A stretch of 36,416 nt of DNA, taken from NCBI GenBank assembly GCA_964418785.1, contig CAYQNP010000231.1, positions 1 through 36,416 of the forward strand, read 5' to 3'. Below, piece after piece: positions 8,680 to 17,429 of this stretch. Every line of letters starts with the position of its first letter. The stretch's first letter is position 1. The translations under genes and the position numbers were made by a program. A model generated the notes under the pieces. It was not told the DNA's origin. It did not search any database and saw only the letters and a list, made by a program, of their open reading frames with translations. The stretch comes from an uncultured Spirochaetia bacterium. Lineage in GTDB: Bacteria; Spirochaetota; JAHITG01; CAYQNP01.

Positions 8680-9600
8680 CTAAAAACTGTATTTTACTGT
8701 AGTCTGTAATGACGAACCAAGTTCACCTAATGAGATCCAGGCTGCATCAAAATAAAATTGTTTTATTTTCAACCCTAATCCTGCTGTCAACCCGTTAATC
8801 CAGTTTAAATAATTAACCCCTGTATCATAACTATAACCTGCTCTAATATAAACCATATTTTTATACACATACTCTATTCCTATATTAATAAAAGGTGTTT
8901 GATATAAAATATAATCAATACCACCTAAAATTTTCACATAGCGGATGTCGTTTATTTTTATTCTATACATAATTCCCGAATTTACTGAAACAGGCATTAT
9001 TTCATTATCTTCAACAAAAACACCTGCTGTTCCTATATTTTTCAGCACTAAACCTAAAATCAAATTTTTATCCTTCTGCAAAATAACTTTACTTCCTATA
9101 TCTGCTCCCACAGCGATTGTATTTTCATAAAATAATTTCTGATAATACATTTTAAAATTAATACCCAGCTCAATATTCATTTTTAATTTAAAACCGTACC
9201 CTACGGTGTATCCGGCAGAATACGAATTAAATATGTTTTCAATAACACCTTCTGTATTTCTGCTCTCCAATTCTCCCAGATCCACATAAGATAAACTCAC
9301 TCCTGCAGTTCCCTGTTTAAACCAATTTACCGGAATAGAATAACCTGCATAAAAGCAATTAATTTCTGAAATCCATTTATTAAAACTCAGCAAAACATTA
9401 TTTTTAACAGTTTCACTTAATCCGGCAGGATTCCAATAAAGACTGCTCAAATCATCAACTTCTGCAGCAACTGCGCCGGCAAGACTACCTCCTTTAGCAT
9501 CAGGGTTAATATTTAAAAAAAATGCCCCTGTTTCGCCGGCTCCAAAACCAGTATTAACTACCCCAAGCAAAAAAACAATAATTATTAATATCTTTCTCAT
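8680..9600 (-). CDS. PorV/PorQ-family outer-membrane beta-barrel (T9SS-associated)
   Basis: Signal peptide, then GAFFLNINPDAKGGSLAGAVAAEVDDLSSLYWNPAGLS, the characteristic N-terminal motif of PorV/PorQ-family barrels. Alternating beta-strand pattern and a C-terminal aromatic residue (KYSF). Confidence 0.65.
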   Translation of the reverse strand: MRKILIIIVFLLGVVNTGFGAGETGAFFLNINPDAKGGSLAGAVAAEVDDLSSLYWNPAGLSETVKNNVLLSFNKWISEINCFYAGYSIPVNWFKQGTAGVSLSYVDLGELESRNTEGVIENIFNSYSAGYTVGYGFKLKMNIELGINFKMYYQKLFYENTIAVGADIGSKVILQKDKNLILGLVLKNIGTAGVFVEDNEIMPVSVNSGIMYRIKINDIRYVKILGGIDYILYQTPFINIGIEYVYKNMVYIRAGYSYDTGVNYLNWINGLTAGLGLKIKQFYFDAAWISLGELGSSLQTTVKYSF

Positions 9601-9602
9601 TT

Positions 9603-12600
9603 CTATTTTAACACCCCGAGTTTCCCCGGTTTTTTACTTACAACTTTATTGTCTATACGCATTAAAATCAAATATAATCCGCTTGCCACTACTCGATTGT
9701 TTTTATTCCTCCCGTTCCATAATGCAGTATAATCTTTTCCTTTGACTGTTCCTACATAATTTCCGGTTATAGTATATATATCAAAAAACACATTTGCTGT
9801 AACTTTCGCATTATACTTTATTACTATATTATCCTGTTTATTAATATTAAACGGATTAGGATACACAATGAAACTGTTTTCCGGAATATCCGGTTTTTCA
9901 TTTTCATATACTATCCCGTCACTCTTAAATTTACTTATATTCCCTGCTCTATCCATTAACCAGATTTTAACTGTTTTATTTCCATATCCCTCGCTTAATA
10001 CATATTCTACATTAAAATTTTTCTTTATTCCTGTAAACTGCCAACCTGCTGAATTAACTTCCGGTGTTTCTGTGTTCTCACCTATATAATATGCTATTAC
10101 TTCTGTAACATTTGTAACACCTACTGCAATATTAACTGTTTTATCATAAGTTATCTGCTTATTATCTTCTATAATGATATATTCTGCAGAACCCGGTATT
10201 TTCGTATCAAGAATATTAATATTTGTAACTTTATTTAAAAGTCCTGTTTTATTAGATAAATAAGTTACTAAAATATTAGTACCTTCTTTTAAAAGTTTTA
10301 CTGTCATCTGAGTATCTGTGCTCCATCCGCTATCCCAACCAGTAATATCATTAGTTAAAACAAAAACACGATAATAATGCGAAAAACCGTTTATACTTAA
10401 CCATTTAACATTTGTATTATTACTGTACAATTCATTTAACCTATTATTAGTAATACCGTCTGTATCAATAACTTTAATAACAGCATACGGTGTACTTGTA
10501 TTTATAACAAAACTGTTTGTTTTACTCCATTCCCCCAAATTATTTAATTTATCTATTGCTCTAATTCTCCAATAATAAACATTTGTACTCATATTTATCA
10601 CTGTATAATTAGTACTGCATAAAACAACATTCGAGTAAATAACTGAAAAATCATTTAAAAGACCTATCTGCAACTGATAATTACTTATTCCGGAACCACT
10701 ATCAAAGGAAGACTTCCAGGTGAAATTTATTTTTTTATTTGTTGTCCATAAATTATTTTCAGGCATTAAAGGAACCGCTTTGTCAGGTCCTGTTTTATCA
10801 ATCCAGAAATAAGCAGACTCTGAAGTAAACCAGCTAACAGTTCCGATTTTATGCGTTAGTACTCTCCAATAATTTTTCCCTTCGTTTAAGTTTGCTGCCG
10901 GTATATATTCTGTAGCTGTTGTTACAAAACTCACTTCAACATCAGTAAATAAAGATGAATTCCCTATTTGAATCTTATTAGTATCTCCGGTTACTTCTTT
11001 ACTCCATACAAATAAAGGTTTTGAATTTGTAGTATACACTCCCAGCGGCTGATATAACTTTACAACCGGAACATTAGTATTTATTATGACCGGATAAATT
11101 GAACTAATATTTGTATTTCCTGCAAAATCCTCAACAAATACGGTCCAATGATTCGTACTGTTTTTCCCAAACTTAAAATTAAAATAGTTAACATTTAAGT
11201 TAGTAACAATTTCAAATCCGTCCGCAATATTATTATTTGTATCTATTTTAACCTTATAAAATTTAATACCGCTCACACTATCTGTACCATTCCATTGAAA
11301 ATCTACTGTAATATCCGGGGCAATTCTATTGCTTCCCGGGAATGTCAGGGAAATATCCGGCGGCACGGTATCTAATGTTATTTTCCGCACAGAACTATTA
11401 CTGCTTACATTTTCTGCATAATCTACACTTCTTACCCGCCAATACCAGATCCCGTCGCCTAAAACAGGGCTTACTGTCCAATTGGTTAAATTTATATTTG
11501 TGCTTCTTTTTATATTAATAAAATTATTATCATTACTGCTCAATTCAACAACATAATAAGCAATACCACTGCCGCCACTATCACTGCTTTTATTCCATTT
11601 AAGATTAATTGCATAATTATTGGTGATAAAATTGCTTACCGGATAAGTCAAAGAAACTATTTCAGGAGGAGTTGTGTCTATTCTAAATAAATTAGTCAGA
11701 CTCCATTTTCCCAAATTGCTTATACTATCTACTCCTCTTACCCGCCAATACCAGATCCCGTCAGATAAACTAAAAGGAATAATAAAATTTGTATTTGAAG
11801 TACTTATATTAAATTTAATATTATTAAAATTACTATTACTGGAAATTTCTACATTATAAAAACTTAACCCGCTTAATTTATCTATTCCGGTTTGCCACGA
11901 AAATAACGGCTGAGATATATTATAGATACTATTGTCTGCAGGTGTTTTTAAATGTATAATCTCAGGACCTGATCTGTCAATCCAGAACTTTCCAATACTT
12001 GAAGCATACCAATTTGTAGTACCCTCTTTTAAAGTATAAATTTTCCAAAAATTAGTTCCTTCTCTTAATGATATTGCCGGAATATAATTTGTATTAGTTG
12101 TACTATCTTCTAAAATACTATCTACAAACGAAAAATTTGAACTTATTATTATTTTATTTGTACTGCCGTTATCAGTACGGCTCCACTTAAAAATCGGTTT
12201 AAGATTGGTAATATAAACATTAACAGGATAATACAACTCAGATACAGGTAAATTTGTATCTATAATAATAGTCTGTATACTGCTCACATTACTGTTTCCG
12301 GCATTATCTTCTATTTTTACTTTCCAATGATTTGTGCTGCATCGTGCAAAAGTATAATAATATTCATTAGATGTTATATTATGAGTAAACTCAAAACCAT
12401 CAGAGATATTATTATTAGTATCAATCATTATAATATAATCATATATTCCGCTTCGATCGTCACTGCCATTCCAACTAAATTTTACTGTAAGTTCACCGGA
12501 ATAATTATTATCCGGCGGCAACAGAGCATTTATATTTGGGTTTACTGTATCAATTCCAACTTTCCATTCAACACTGACATCACTATAATTATTTGCTCTG

Positions 12601-13316
12601 TCTTTTGATATGACTTTCCACCACCATATTCCGTCACTCAACTGATTGGTTCTTACAAAATTTGTTTTATTTACAACACTCCTGGTATTTGTCATACCTA
12701 TATTGGTTATAAGGATTACTGTATAATTTGTTACACCGCTAAAATTATCGGAAGACCTGTTCCATTTAAAAACAGGGTTATGATTCTGCCAGGAATCATT
12801 TAAAGGCGATACTAAAATCGGCTGGGAAGGTTTTTCTATATCTACCATAAAGTTCCATGTACTGCTTTCAATTCCAATATTTCCTGCTCTATCAACACCT
12901 TTAACTTTCCAATACCACATTCCATTACTTAATGTAAACGCCGGAATCCATGTAGTACTATTATTAGTTATTACATATTCCGAGTTAAAATTATTCGAAC
13001 TTAACTCAAGTACATAAAAATCTATACCGCTTAAATTATCATTCCCACTCCACGAAAAAACAGGTGTATTATTATTTATATTATTATTACTTACAGGCAA
13101 ATTTAATAGGACCTTATTCGGGGCAGTATTGTCTACAATTAATTTCCGATATTCACTCCAATTTCCGTAATTACTCATATTATCAACTGCTCTTACTCTC
13201 CAATACCATATACCTTCACTAATGCCCGGAGATACTGTCCAATTTGTAGTTATTAAATTATAATTACTTCTTGCCACAGTTGAAAAAATTGAATCATTAC
13301 TACTAACTTCAATCAC
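9603..13316 (-). CDS. C-terminal part of a giant repeat-rich surface protein with a T9SS C-terminal sorting domain; no signal peptide of its own
   Basis: The track start is a GTG in the middle of a repeat module. Homology to the repeat (TGFDSGSGINHYVIEV) continues in frame up to the TGA at 13365-13367. There are ten modules of about 95-100 aa with the W-Y-W-[RK]-V-x-[AGS]-[VI]-D-x-x-x-N signature. It ends in YPNPFN...GLYLILMRI...GKLGVLK. Confidence 0.8.
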   Translation of the reverse strand: MIEVSSNDSIFSTVARSNYNLITTNWTVSPGISEGIWYWRVRAVDNMSNYGNWSEYRKLIVDNTAPNKVLLNLPVSNNNINNNTPVFSWSGNDNLSGIDFYVLELSSNNFNSEYVITNNSTTWIPAFTLSNGMWYWKVKGVDRAGNIGIESSTWNFMVDIEKPSQPILVSPLNDSWQNHNPVFKWNRSSDNFSGVTNYTVILITNIGMTNTRSVVNKTNFVRTNQLSDGIWWWKVISKDRANNYSDVSVEWKVGIDTVNPNINALLPPDNNYSGELTVKFSWNGSDDRSGIYDYIIMIDTNNNISDGFEFTHNITSNEYYYTFARCSTNHWKVKIEDNAGNSNVSSIQTIIIDTNLPVSELYYPVNVYITNLKPIFKWSRTDNGSTNKIIISSNFSFVDSILEDSTTNTNYIPAISLREGTNFWKIYTLKEGTTNWYASSIGKFWIDRSGPEIIHLKTPADNSIYNISQPLFSWQTGIDKLSGLSFYNVEISSNSNFNNIKFNISTSNTNFIIPFSLSDGIWYWRVRGVDSISNLGKWSLTNLFRIDTTPPEIVSLTYPVSNFITNNYAINLKWNKSSDSGGSGIAYYVVELSSNDNNFINIKRSTNINLTNWTVSPVLGDGIWYWRVRSVDYAENVSSNSSVRKITLDTVPPDISLTFPGSNRIAPDITVDFQWNGTDSVSGIKFYKVKIDTNNNIADGFEIVTNLNVNYFNFKFGKNSTNHWTVFVEDFAGNTNISSIYPVIINTNVPVVKLYQPLGVYTTNSKPLFVWSKEVTGDTNKIQIGNSSLFTDVEVSFVTTATEYIPAANLNEGKNYWRVLTHKIGTVSWFTSESAYFWIDKTGPDKAVPLMPENNLWTTNKKINFTWKSSFDSGSGISNYQLQIGLLNDFSVIYSNVVLCSTNYTVINMSTNVYYWRIRAIDKLNNLGEWSKTNSFVINTSTPYAVIKVIDTDGITNNRLNELYSNNTNVKWLSINGFSHYYRVFVLTNDITGWDSGWSTDTQMTVKLLKEGTNILVTYLSNKTGLLNKVTNINILDTKIPGSAEYIIIEDNKQITYDKTVNIAVGVTNVTEVIAYYIGENTETPEVNSAGWQFTGIKKNFNVEYVLSEGYGNKTVKIWLMDRAGNISKFKSDGIVYENEKPDIPENSFIVYPNPFNINKQDNIVIKYNAKVTANVFFDIYTITGNYVGTVKGKDYTALWNGRNKNNRVVASGLYLILMRIDNKVVSKKPGKLGVLK
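9606..9869 (-). other. T9SS type-A / FlgD-Ig-like C-terminal sorting domain of the giant protein
   Basis: IVYPNPFNINKQDNIVIKYN...FFDIYTITGNYV...WNGRNKNNRVVASGLYLILMRIDN...KLGVLK is the classic Por secretion tail pattern. It is paralogous to the tail at 35290-35565. Confidence 0.7.
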
Positions 13317-13364
13317 ATAATGATTTATTCCGCTGCCGGAATCGAATCCTGTTAAAAATACAAA
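10488..13364 (-). repeat. Tandem array of about ten beta-sandwich (FN3/Ig-like) coding modules with a higher-order duplication (approximate bounds)
   Basis: The signature recurs as WYWRVRAVD, WYWKVKGVD, WWWKVISKD, NHWKVKIED, NFWKIYTLK, WYWRVRGVD, WYWRVRSVD, NHWTVFVED, NYWRVLTHK and YYWRIRAID. The two-module block at about 11976-12551 is repeated at about 10794-11372. Confidence 0.75.
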
Positions 13365-14732
13365 TCACACCAGACTATTAGTTACCGCAGAATTACTCAC
13401 ATGTGATGATAAATTTACTATTGCAGGCAGCGCGGTATCAAGGATATGGCTGCCTTTTAATGCTGTTGAACTAATATTATTAAAATTATCTTTCAGCCAA
13501 ACATATACTGTATGCTCTCCGTCACCACCTGTTAAAACAAAATTTGTAGGTTTACTGCTTATCCATCTGCTATCATTCCATAAAGGCTGATTACTTTGCG
13601 TTTCTGAAATTAAATAATAAAAAGCTCCTATCTCATTTGTTATTGAAACATTTATATTCGTATTATCTGTATAATTAGTATCTCCTGAAGTTATATCACT
13701 TAACCTGATTTCTCCACCATAAGGTTTAATCGTATCTATACCGCCAACAATATTCGTATAATATTTTAAACTCACATTATTACTTATATCTTTAACACCT
13801 ATACGGACATATACAATATTAGTTTCAATATTCAAATCAGTATCGACTTTCCAGACATATGTAAAAATATTTCCGTTTGTAGTAAAACTTAGCGGTTCAG
13901 ATGAATTACTTATATGCGAACTATTATAAGCCATATCGAACCAATTATTTCTATCAAAAGAGTATTCACAATTTTCAGGTACATACAGACATAAATCATT
14001 ATCATCATCATAGCCAGTATATTTTATTATAACATTACCGGAATTATCTTTTAACTGATAAGCAGAGATATACTGTAAATATGGTCTTTGTCTATGAACC
14101 AACAATCTTATATATCCGTTATCATTAAAATTTATATTTGTATTAGTAGCCGGGGATACAATACCCGGGTGAAAATACAGACCTATGTCTCCGCCATATT
14201 TTATTCCGTTAAAACCAACATATGCAACAGCATTCGTATTACTTCCTGATTGAACCTGTGCTCCCACCAATATATCCAAATATTGATTTCTATAAGCATT
14301 ACTTATAAAAAATACTATTCGGAAATTAGTAACGCCAAAACTTGAAACAGGACCGATATTAGTTATGACTGTTCCATCTAATGTTTCAAAATGATATTTA
14401 TATCCTCCTGTTAAACCATTTGTAGCGGTTTTAACATTAATAATTCTCAACCGAAACAGTTCTTCATGATTTCCGTAATTTTTTAATGTATTTGTAAGAT
14501 AAATATTAGAGAAAATATCAACGATTTTATCAGTTGCTATAGTTACAAATTTACCGCCGAAATTACTGTCAACAGTATTCGACGCATAAGCAGAAACAAC
14601 TCCCTGCCCTTCAGAGGAACAGTAAAAAACTGTTTTAATCAGAGAACCCGCCGGTGTATTTGTATTTCCATTTGCCCTACCTGTCAATATGGAAAATAAA
14701 CATATTATTATTAATAGAGTTTTTACTCTCAT
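13365..14732 (-). CDS. N-terminal part (with signal peptide) of the same giant surface protein, ended by an in-frame TGA
   Basis: MRVKTLLIIICLFSILTGRANG is a signal peptide. The C-terminal domain GDGEHTVYVWLKDNFNNIS is paralogous to GYGNKTVKIWLMDRAGNIS in the downstream ORF. It is in the same reading frame as 9603-13316, separated only by the TGA plus 16 sense codons. Confidence 0.8.
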   Translation of the reverse strand: MRVKTLLIIICLFSILTGRANGNTNTPAGSLIKTVFYCSSEGQGVVSAYASNTVDSNFGGKFVTIATDKIVDIFSNIYLTNTLKNYGNHEELFRLRIINVKTATNGLTGGYKYHFETLDGTVITNIGPVSSFGVTNFRIVFFISNAYRNQYLDILVGAQVQSGSNTNAVAYVGFNGIKYGGDIGLYFHPGIVSPATNTNINFNDNGYIRLLVHRQRPYLQYISAYQLKDNSGNVIIKYTGYDDDNDLCLYVPENCEYSFDRNNWFDMAYNSSHISNSSEPLSFTTNGNIFTYVWKVDTDLNIETNIVYVRIGVKDISNNVSLKYYTNIVGGIDTIKPYGGEIRLSDITSGDTNYTDNTNINVSITNEIGAFYYLISETQSNQPLWNDSRWISSKPTNFVLTGGDGEHTVYVWLKDNFNNISSTALKGSHILDTALPAIVNLSSHVSNSAVTNSLV

Positions 14733-14733
14733 T

Positions 14734-15834
14734 TCATTTTTTAATTTTTAAAGTTTTTACTATAATTTCATACAATCTGTCAGCCAGCATAGATGCACCT
14801 TTAGGACTCAAATGAACCGGATCCGGACGATCTGTTCTTAAAAATTCTTCTGAAGTAATTTCATCACCTTTAATTAAATATATATTTTTATCTCCATTCT
14901 GTCGTCTTTGCTGAACAATATTTTCAACAACCTTTCTAAATTCAACTATGTTTATACCTGTTTTTTTAGAAACAGGTTTTCTTGTAAATAAAGGAGATAT
15001 ACAAAAGACAGGTGTTTTAGGATGGTTTTTTCTTATTGCATCAATTAACTTATTATATTCATTCTTAAATCTGTCTATACTTTTACCTGCTGAATGTAAA
15101 TCATTATATCCAATCAAAATGGTAATTAAATCAATCTTATTCCAATCTTTAAGCATTTCACCGGCAGGCACAGAGATTTTCCCGCCACCGACTGCAAGGT
15201 TATACAATTCATAATTAAGTTTTTCGGCAAGAAGAAACGGATAAGTTAAAAAACTTGATGACTTTTGACCTCTTCCATGTGTTATAGAATCTCCAAGCGC
15301 GACATAAACTTTTTTCTTTTTTCTTTTTATACTATACAGCTTTGCCTGATTATTTATTTCAATGCCAGAAAACTCAACATCAGCAAAACTCGGTAAATCA
15401 ATTTCGTATTCATTTACTTTCTTGCCACTATCAGGTTCTATAGTAAATTTAAAATCTTTTGCTTTTCTCCAGAAATTAAAAGATTTAAACCATTTTCCGT
15501 TTATTGATACTCCAAATTGAGCACCCTGATTAAGACTATTTTCAACAGGTTTAAAAAAGAGTGTTATTTTACTGCTGTCTGTTTTAAAAAATATTTTTAT
15601 ACCTGTTGTTCCGGTTGCTTTTTTAGGATTAAATCCGCTGACTTTAGGTCGCAATTTTAATACTTCATCAGAAAATCTGCGAAATATTATACCGTTATCT
15701 GTCTTTTTTATATATTTTACACCTTCGAAGTAAAATTTTTTATCTAAAGCAGAGATAAATTTTGCTTTTATAGATTTACTAAATCCTATCATAAAAACAG
15801 ATAACAGAATAAAATATATTATTTTATTTTTCAT
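14734..15834 (-). CDS. Secreted SGNH/GDSL-family hydrolase (probable carbohydrate esterase) with an N-terminal beta-sandwich domain
   Basis: Signal peptide MKNKIIYFILLSVFMIGFSKSIKA. SGNH blocks are present: VALGDSITHG (block I), AVGGG (II), GYNDL (III) and DPVHLSPKG (V, DxxH). Confidence 0.75.
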   Translation of the reverse strand: MKNKIIYFILLSVFMIGFSKSIKAKFISALDKKFYFEGVKYIKKTDNGIIFRRFSDEVLKLRPKVSGFNPKKATGTTGIKIFFKTDSSKITLFFKPVENSLNQGAQFGVSINGKWFKSFNFWRKAKDFKFTIEPDSGKKVNEYEIDLPSFADVEFSGIEINNQAKLYSIKRKKKKVYVALGDSITHGRGQKSSSFLTYPFLLAEKLNYELYNLAVGGGKISVPAGEMLKDWNKIDLITILIGYNDLHSAGKSIDRFKNEYNKLIDAIRKNHPKTPVFCISPLFTRKPVSKKTGINIVEFRKVVENIVQQRRQNGDKNIYLIKGDEITSEEFLRTDRPDPVHLSPKGASMLADRLYEIIVKTLKIKK

Positions 15835-15852
15835 ACTTCCTCCTTAAACTAA

Positions 15853-17415
15853 TTAAATACCTGCTGCTTTAGGCCACCATTCAATATAATCAGTTCCGAT
15901 TTTTTTTGTCTCTTCAACAAGTTTTTTAAATAATTCTGTACGATAAAAATCGTTTTCCTCTATAGGGAACGGATGCTTAAAAGAATCAGTATATTTTTTC
16001 AATTTTTTTCTCATTATATCAATTATATCTTTATATGCATCATTAAAAGCGAGATTTCTTTTTTCTTCCGGATCTTCATCAAGATTATACAATTCATCAC
16101 CGTCAAAATAGCCTGGATAATGTTCTATGGCTATATTCATTTGCGGCTGCATTCTTATATTTATATGATTAGGAGCTTCTTTAAGTTCTCCAGATTTCAT
16201 TTTTTCAATAATAGTCTTAGGGTATCTTAAAGCAATATACTTCCAATTTTTCCACAGCACAGCGCGCGCCCAGCCAAATTCAAAATACAACTCTTCGTGA
16301 AGCTCTTTTTCTCTGCCGAATAAAACCGGCAACATACTTTTCCCGTCTAATTTCATTTCTTTAGGCGGAACAATATTACAGGCATCAAACAGTGTAGGAA
16401 GAAAATCTATATTTTGTACCCGGGCATGACAAACGGTTTTAGGCTCTATTTTACCGGGCCATTTCATTAGCATTGGGATATGTGTTCCCGCATAATAACA
16501 TGTCCCCTTTCCGGGCTCTGTATTGTGGTCTGTATTCCAGAAAAATATTGTATTATCTTCAACTCCCATTTCCTTTAATTTATTAAGCAGAACTCCGACC
16601 AGATCATCCATCCATATCATTCCGACTGTATTATGATTATATGGTAACCCGTATTTTTCCAGTCTTTCGTGTATTTTTTTTCTATCCGGCATACCTGTAC
16701 CGGACAGGTCCATTCTTCCAGCCTGTGTCAACGATACATCCTGCTCGTAAGATTTTTCATGCGGAGGTCCGTGGAATGTAGTTGTTGCAATATATAATAT
16801 AAACGGTTCATCTGTATTAACATTCGAAAGAAAATCCAATGCACCTTTTGCCATCCAATCAAGATTATGATGCTGTAACTTCTTGACCGGAAAAGCTTCG
16901 TTATTATCCCAGGTAATACTTGCAGCATACTGAAAACCACCGTCCTTTTTTACTCTCTCAACAAGTACTTGCTGAAACTCTTTTAATTTAGCATCAACTT
17001 CCGGGTCATCCGGATCGGAATCAGGGTCTAATTCCGGAAGCGGTAAATATTTCATAGGCCAGCCTGTATGCCATTTTCCGACATATCCTGTTTGATACCC
17101 GTTTTCAGACATAACCCGGCCTAAACTCCACATATTCTCATTTACAACTGCATTCCAATGAACATTATACGGTTCGTCTGCAGGATTGGATTTTAAAAAA
17201 TATTCATCTTCACATCTGCCGACATATTGCCCTGTTAAATATGAATATCTGCTTGCTGTACAAACTGAAGAAGCACAATGCATATTTTCAAATTTTACCC
17301 CTTCTTCTGCAATAGAATCAATATTCGGAGTTTTAATCTTTGAACCATACGCTCCTATTAATGAAAAATCTGTATCATCACTAATAAAACAGACAACATT
17401 TGGTCTCTTACCCAT
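15853..17415 (-). CDS. Cytoplasmic Cys-type sulfatase
   Basis: MGKRPNVVCFISDD start with no signal peptide. FGly motif C-T-A-S-R at nt 17248-17262, GKWH and TDHN motifs. Confidence 0.85.
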   Translation of the reverse strand: MGKRPNVVCFISDDTDFSLIGAYGSKIKTPNIDSIAEEGVKFENMHCASSVCTASRYSYLTGQYVGRCEDEYFLKSNPADEPYNVHWNAVVNENMWSLGRVMSENGYQTGYVGKWHTGWPMKYLPLPELDPDSDPDDPEVDAKLKEFQQVLVERVKKDGGFQYAASITWDNNEAFPVKKLQHHNLDWMAKGALDFLSNVNTDEPFILYIATTTFHGPPHEKSYEQDVSLTQAGRMDLSGTGMPDRKKIHERLEKYGLPYNHNTVGMIWMDDLVGVLLNKLKEMGVEDNTIFFWNTDHNTEPGKGTCYYAGTHIPMLMKWPGKIEPKTVCHARVQNIDFLPTLFDACNIVPPKEMKLDGKSMLPVLFGREKELHEELYFEFGWARAVLWKNWKYIALRYPKTIIEKMKSGELKEAPNHINIRMQPQMNIAIEHYPGYFDGDELYNLDEDPEEKRNLAFNDAYKDIIDIMRKKLKKYTDSFKHPFPIEENDFYRTELFKKLVEETKKIGTDYIEWWPKAAGI

Positions 17416-17429
17416 ATCGAACTCCTTTA

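Noticed and set aside
13365-13367. Genome-wide UGA reassignment (code 4 or 25) as an explanation for the in-frame TGA
   Set aside because: TGA terminates five other genes at positions matching expected protein ends. For example, the T9SS tail at 35287 ends in ...KKIGVIR, parallel to ...GKLGVLK-TAG. Others are the LacI-family gene at 7557, the SGNH gene at 14734 and the ATGA-coupled stops at 5246 and 22106.
13327-13367. Selenocysteine insertion at the TGA, with the downstream hairpin ATTCCG-GCAG-CGGAAT as a SECIS element
   Set aside because: The position aligns to a variable, non-catalytic residue of a structural repeat in a secreted protein. The hairpin is short, lacks the typical bacterial SECIS apical loop features, and its sequence is explained by coding for the conserved DSGSGI motif. 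This is kept only as a remote possibility inside the TGA finding.
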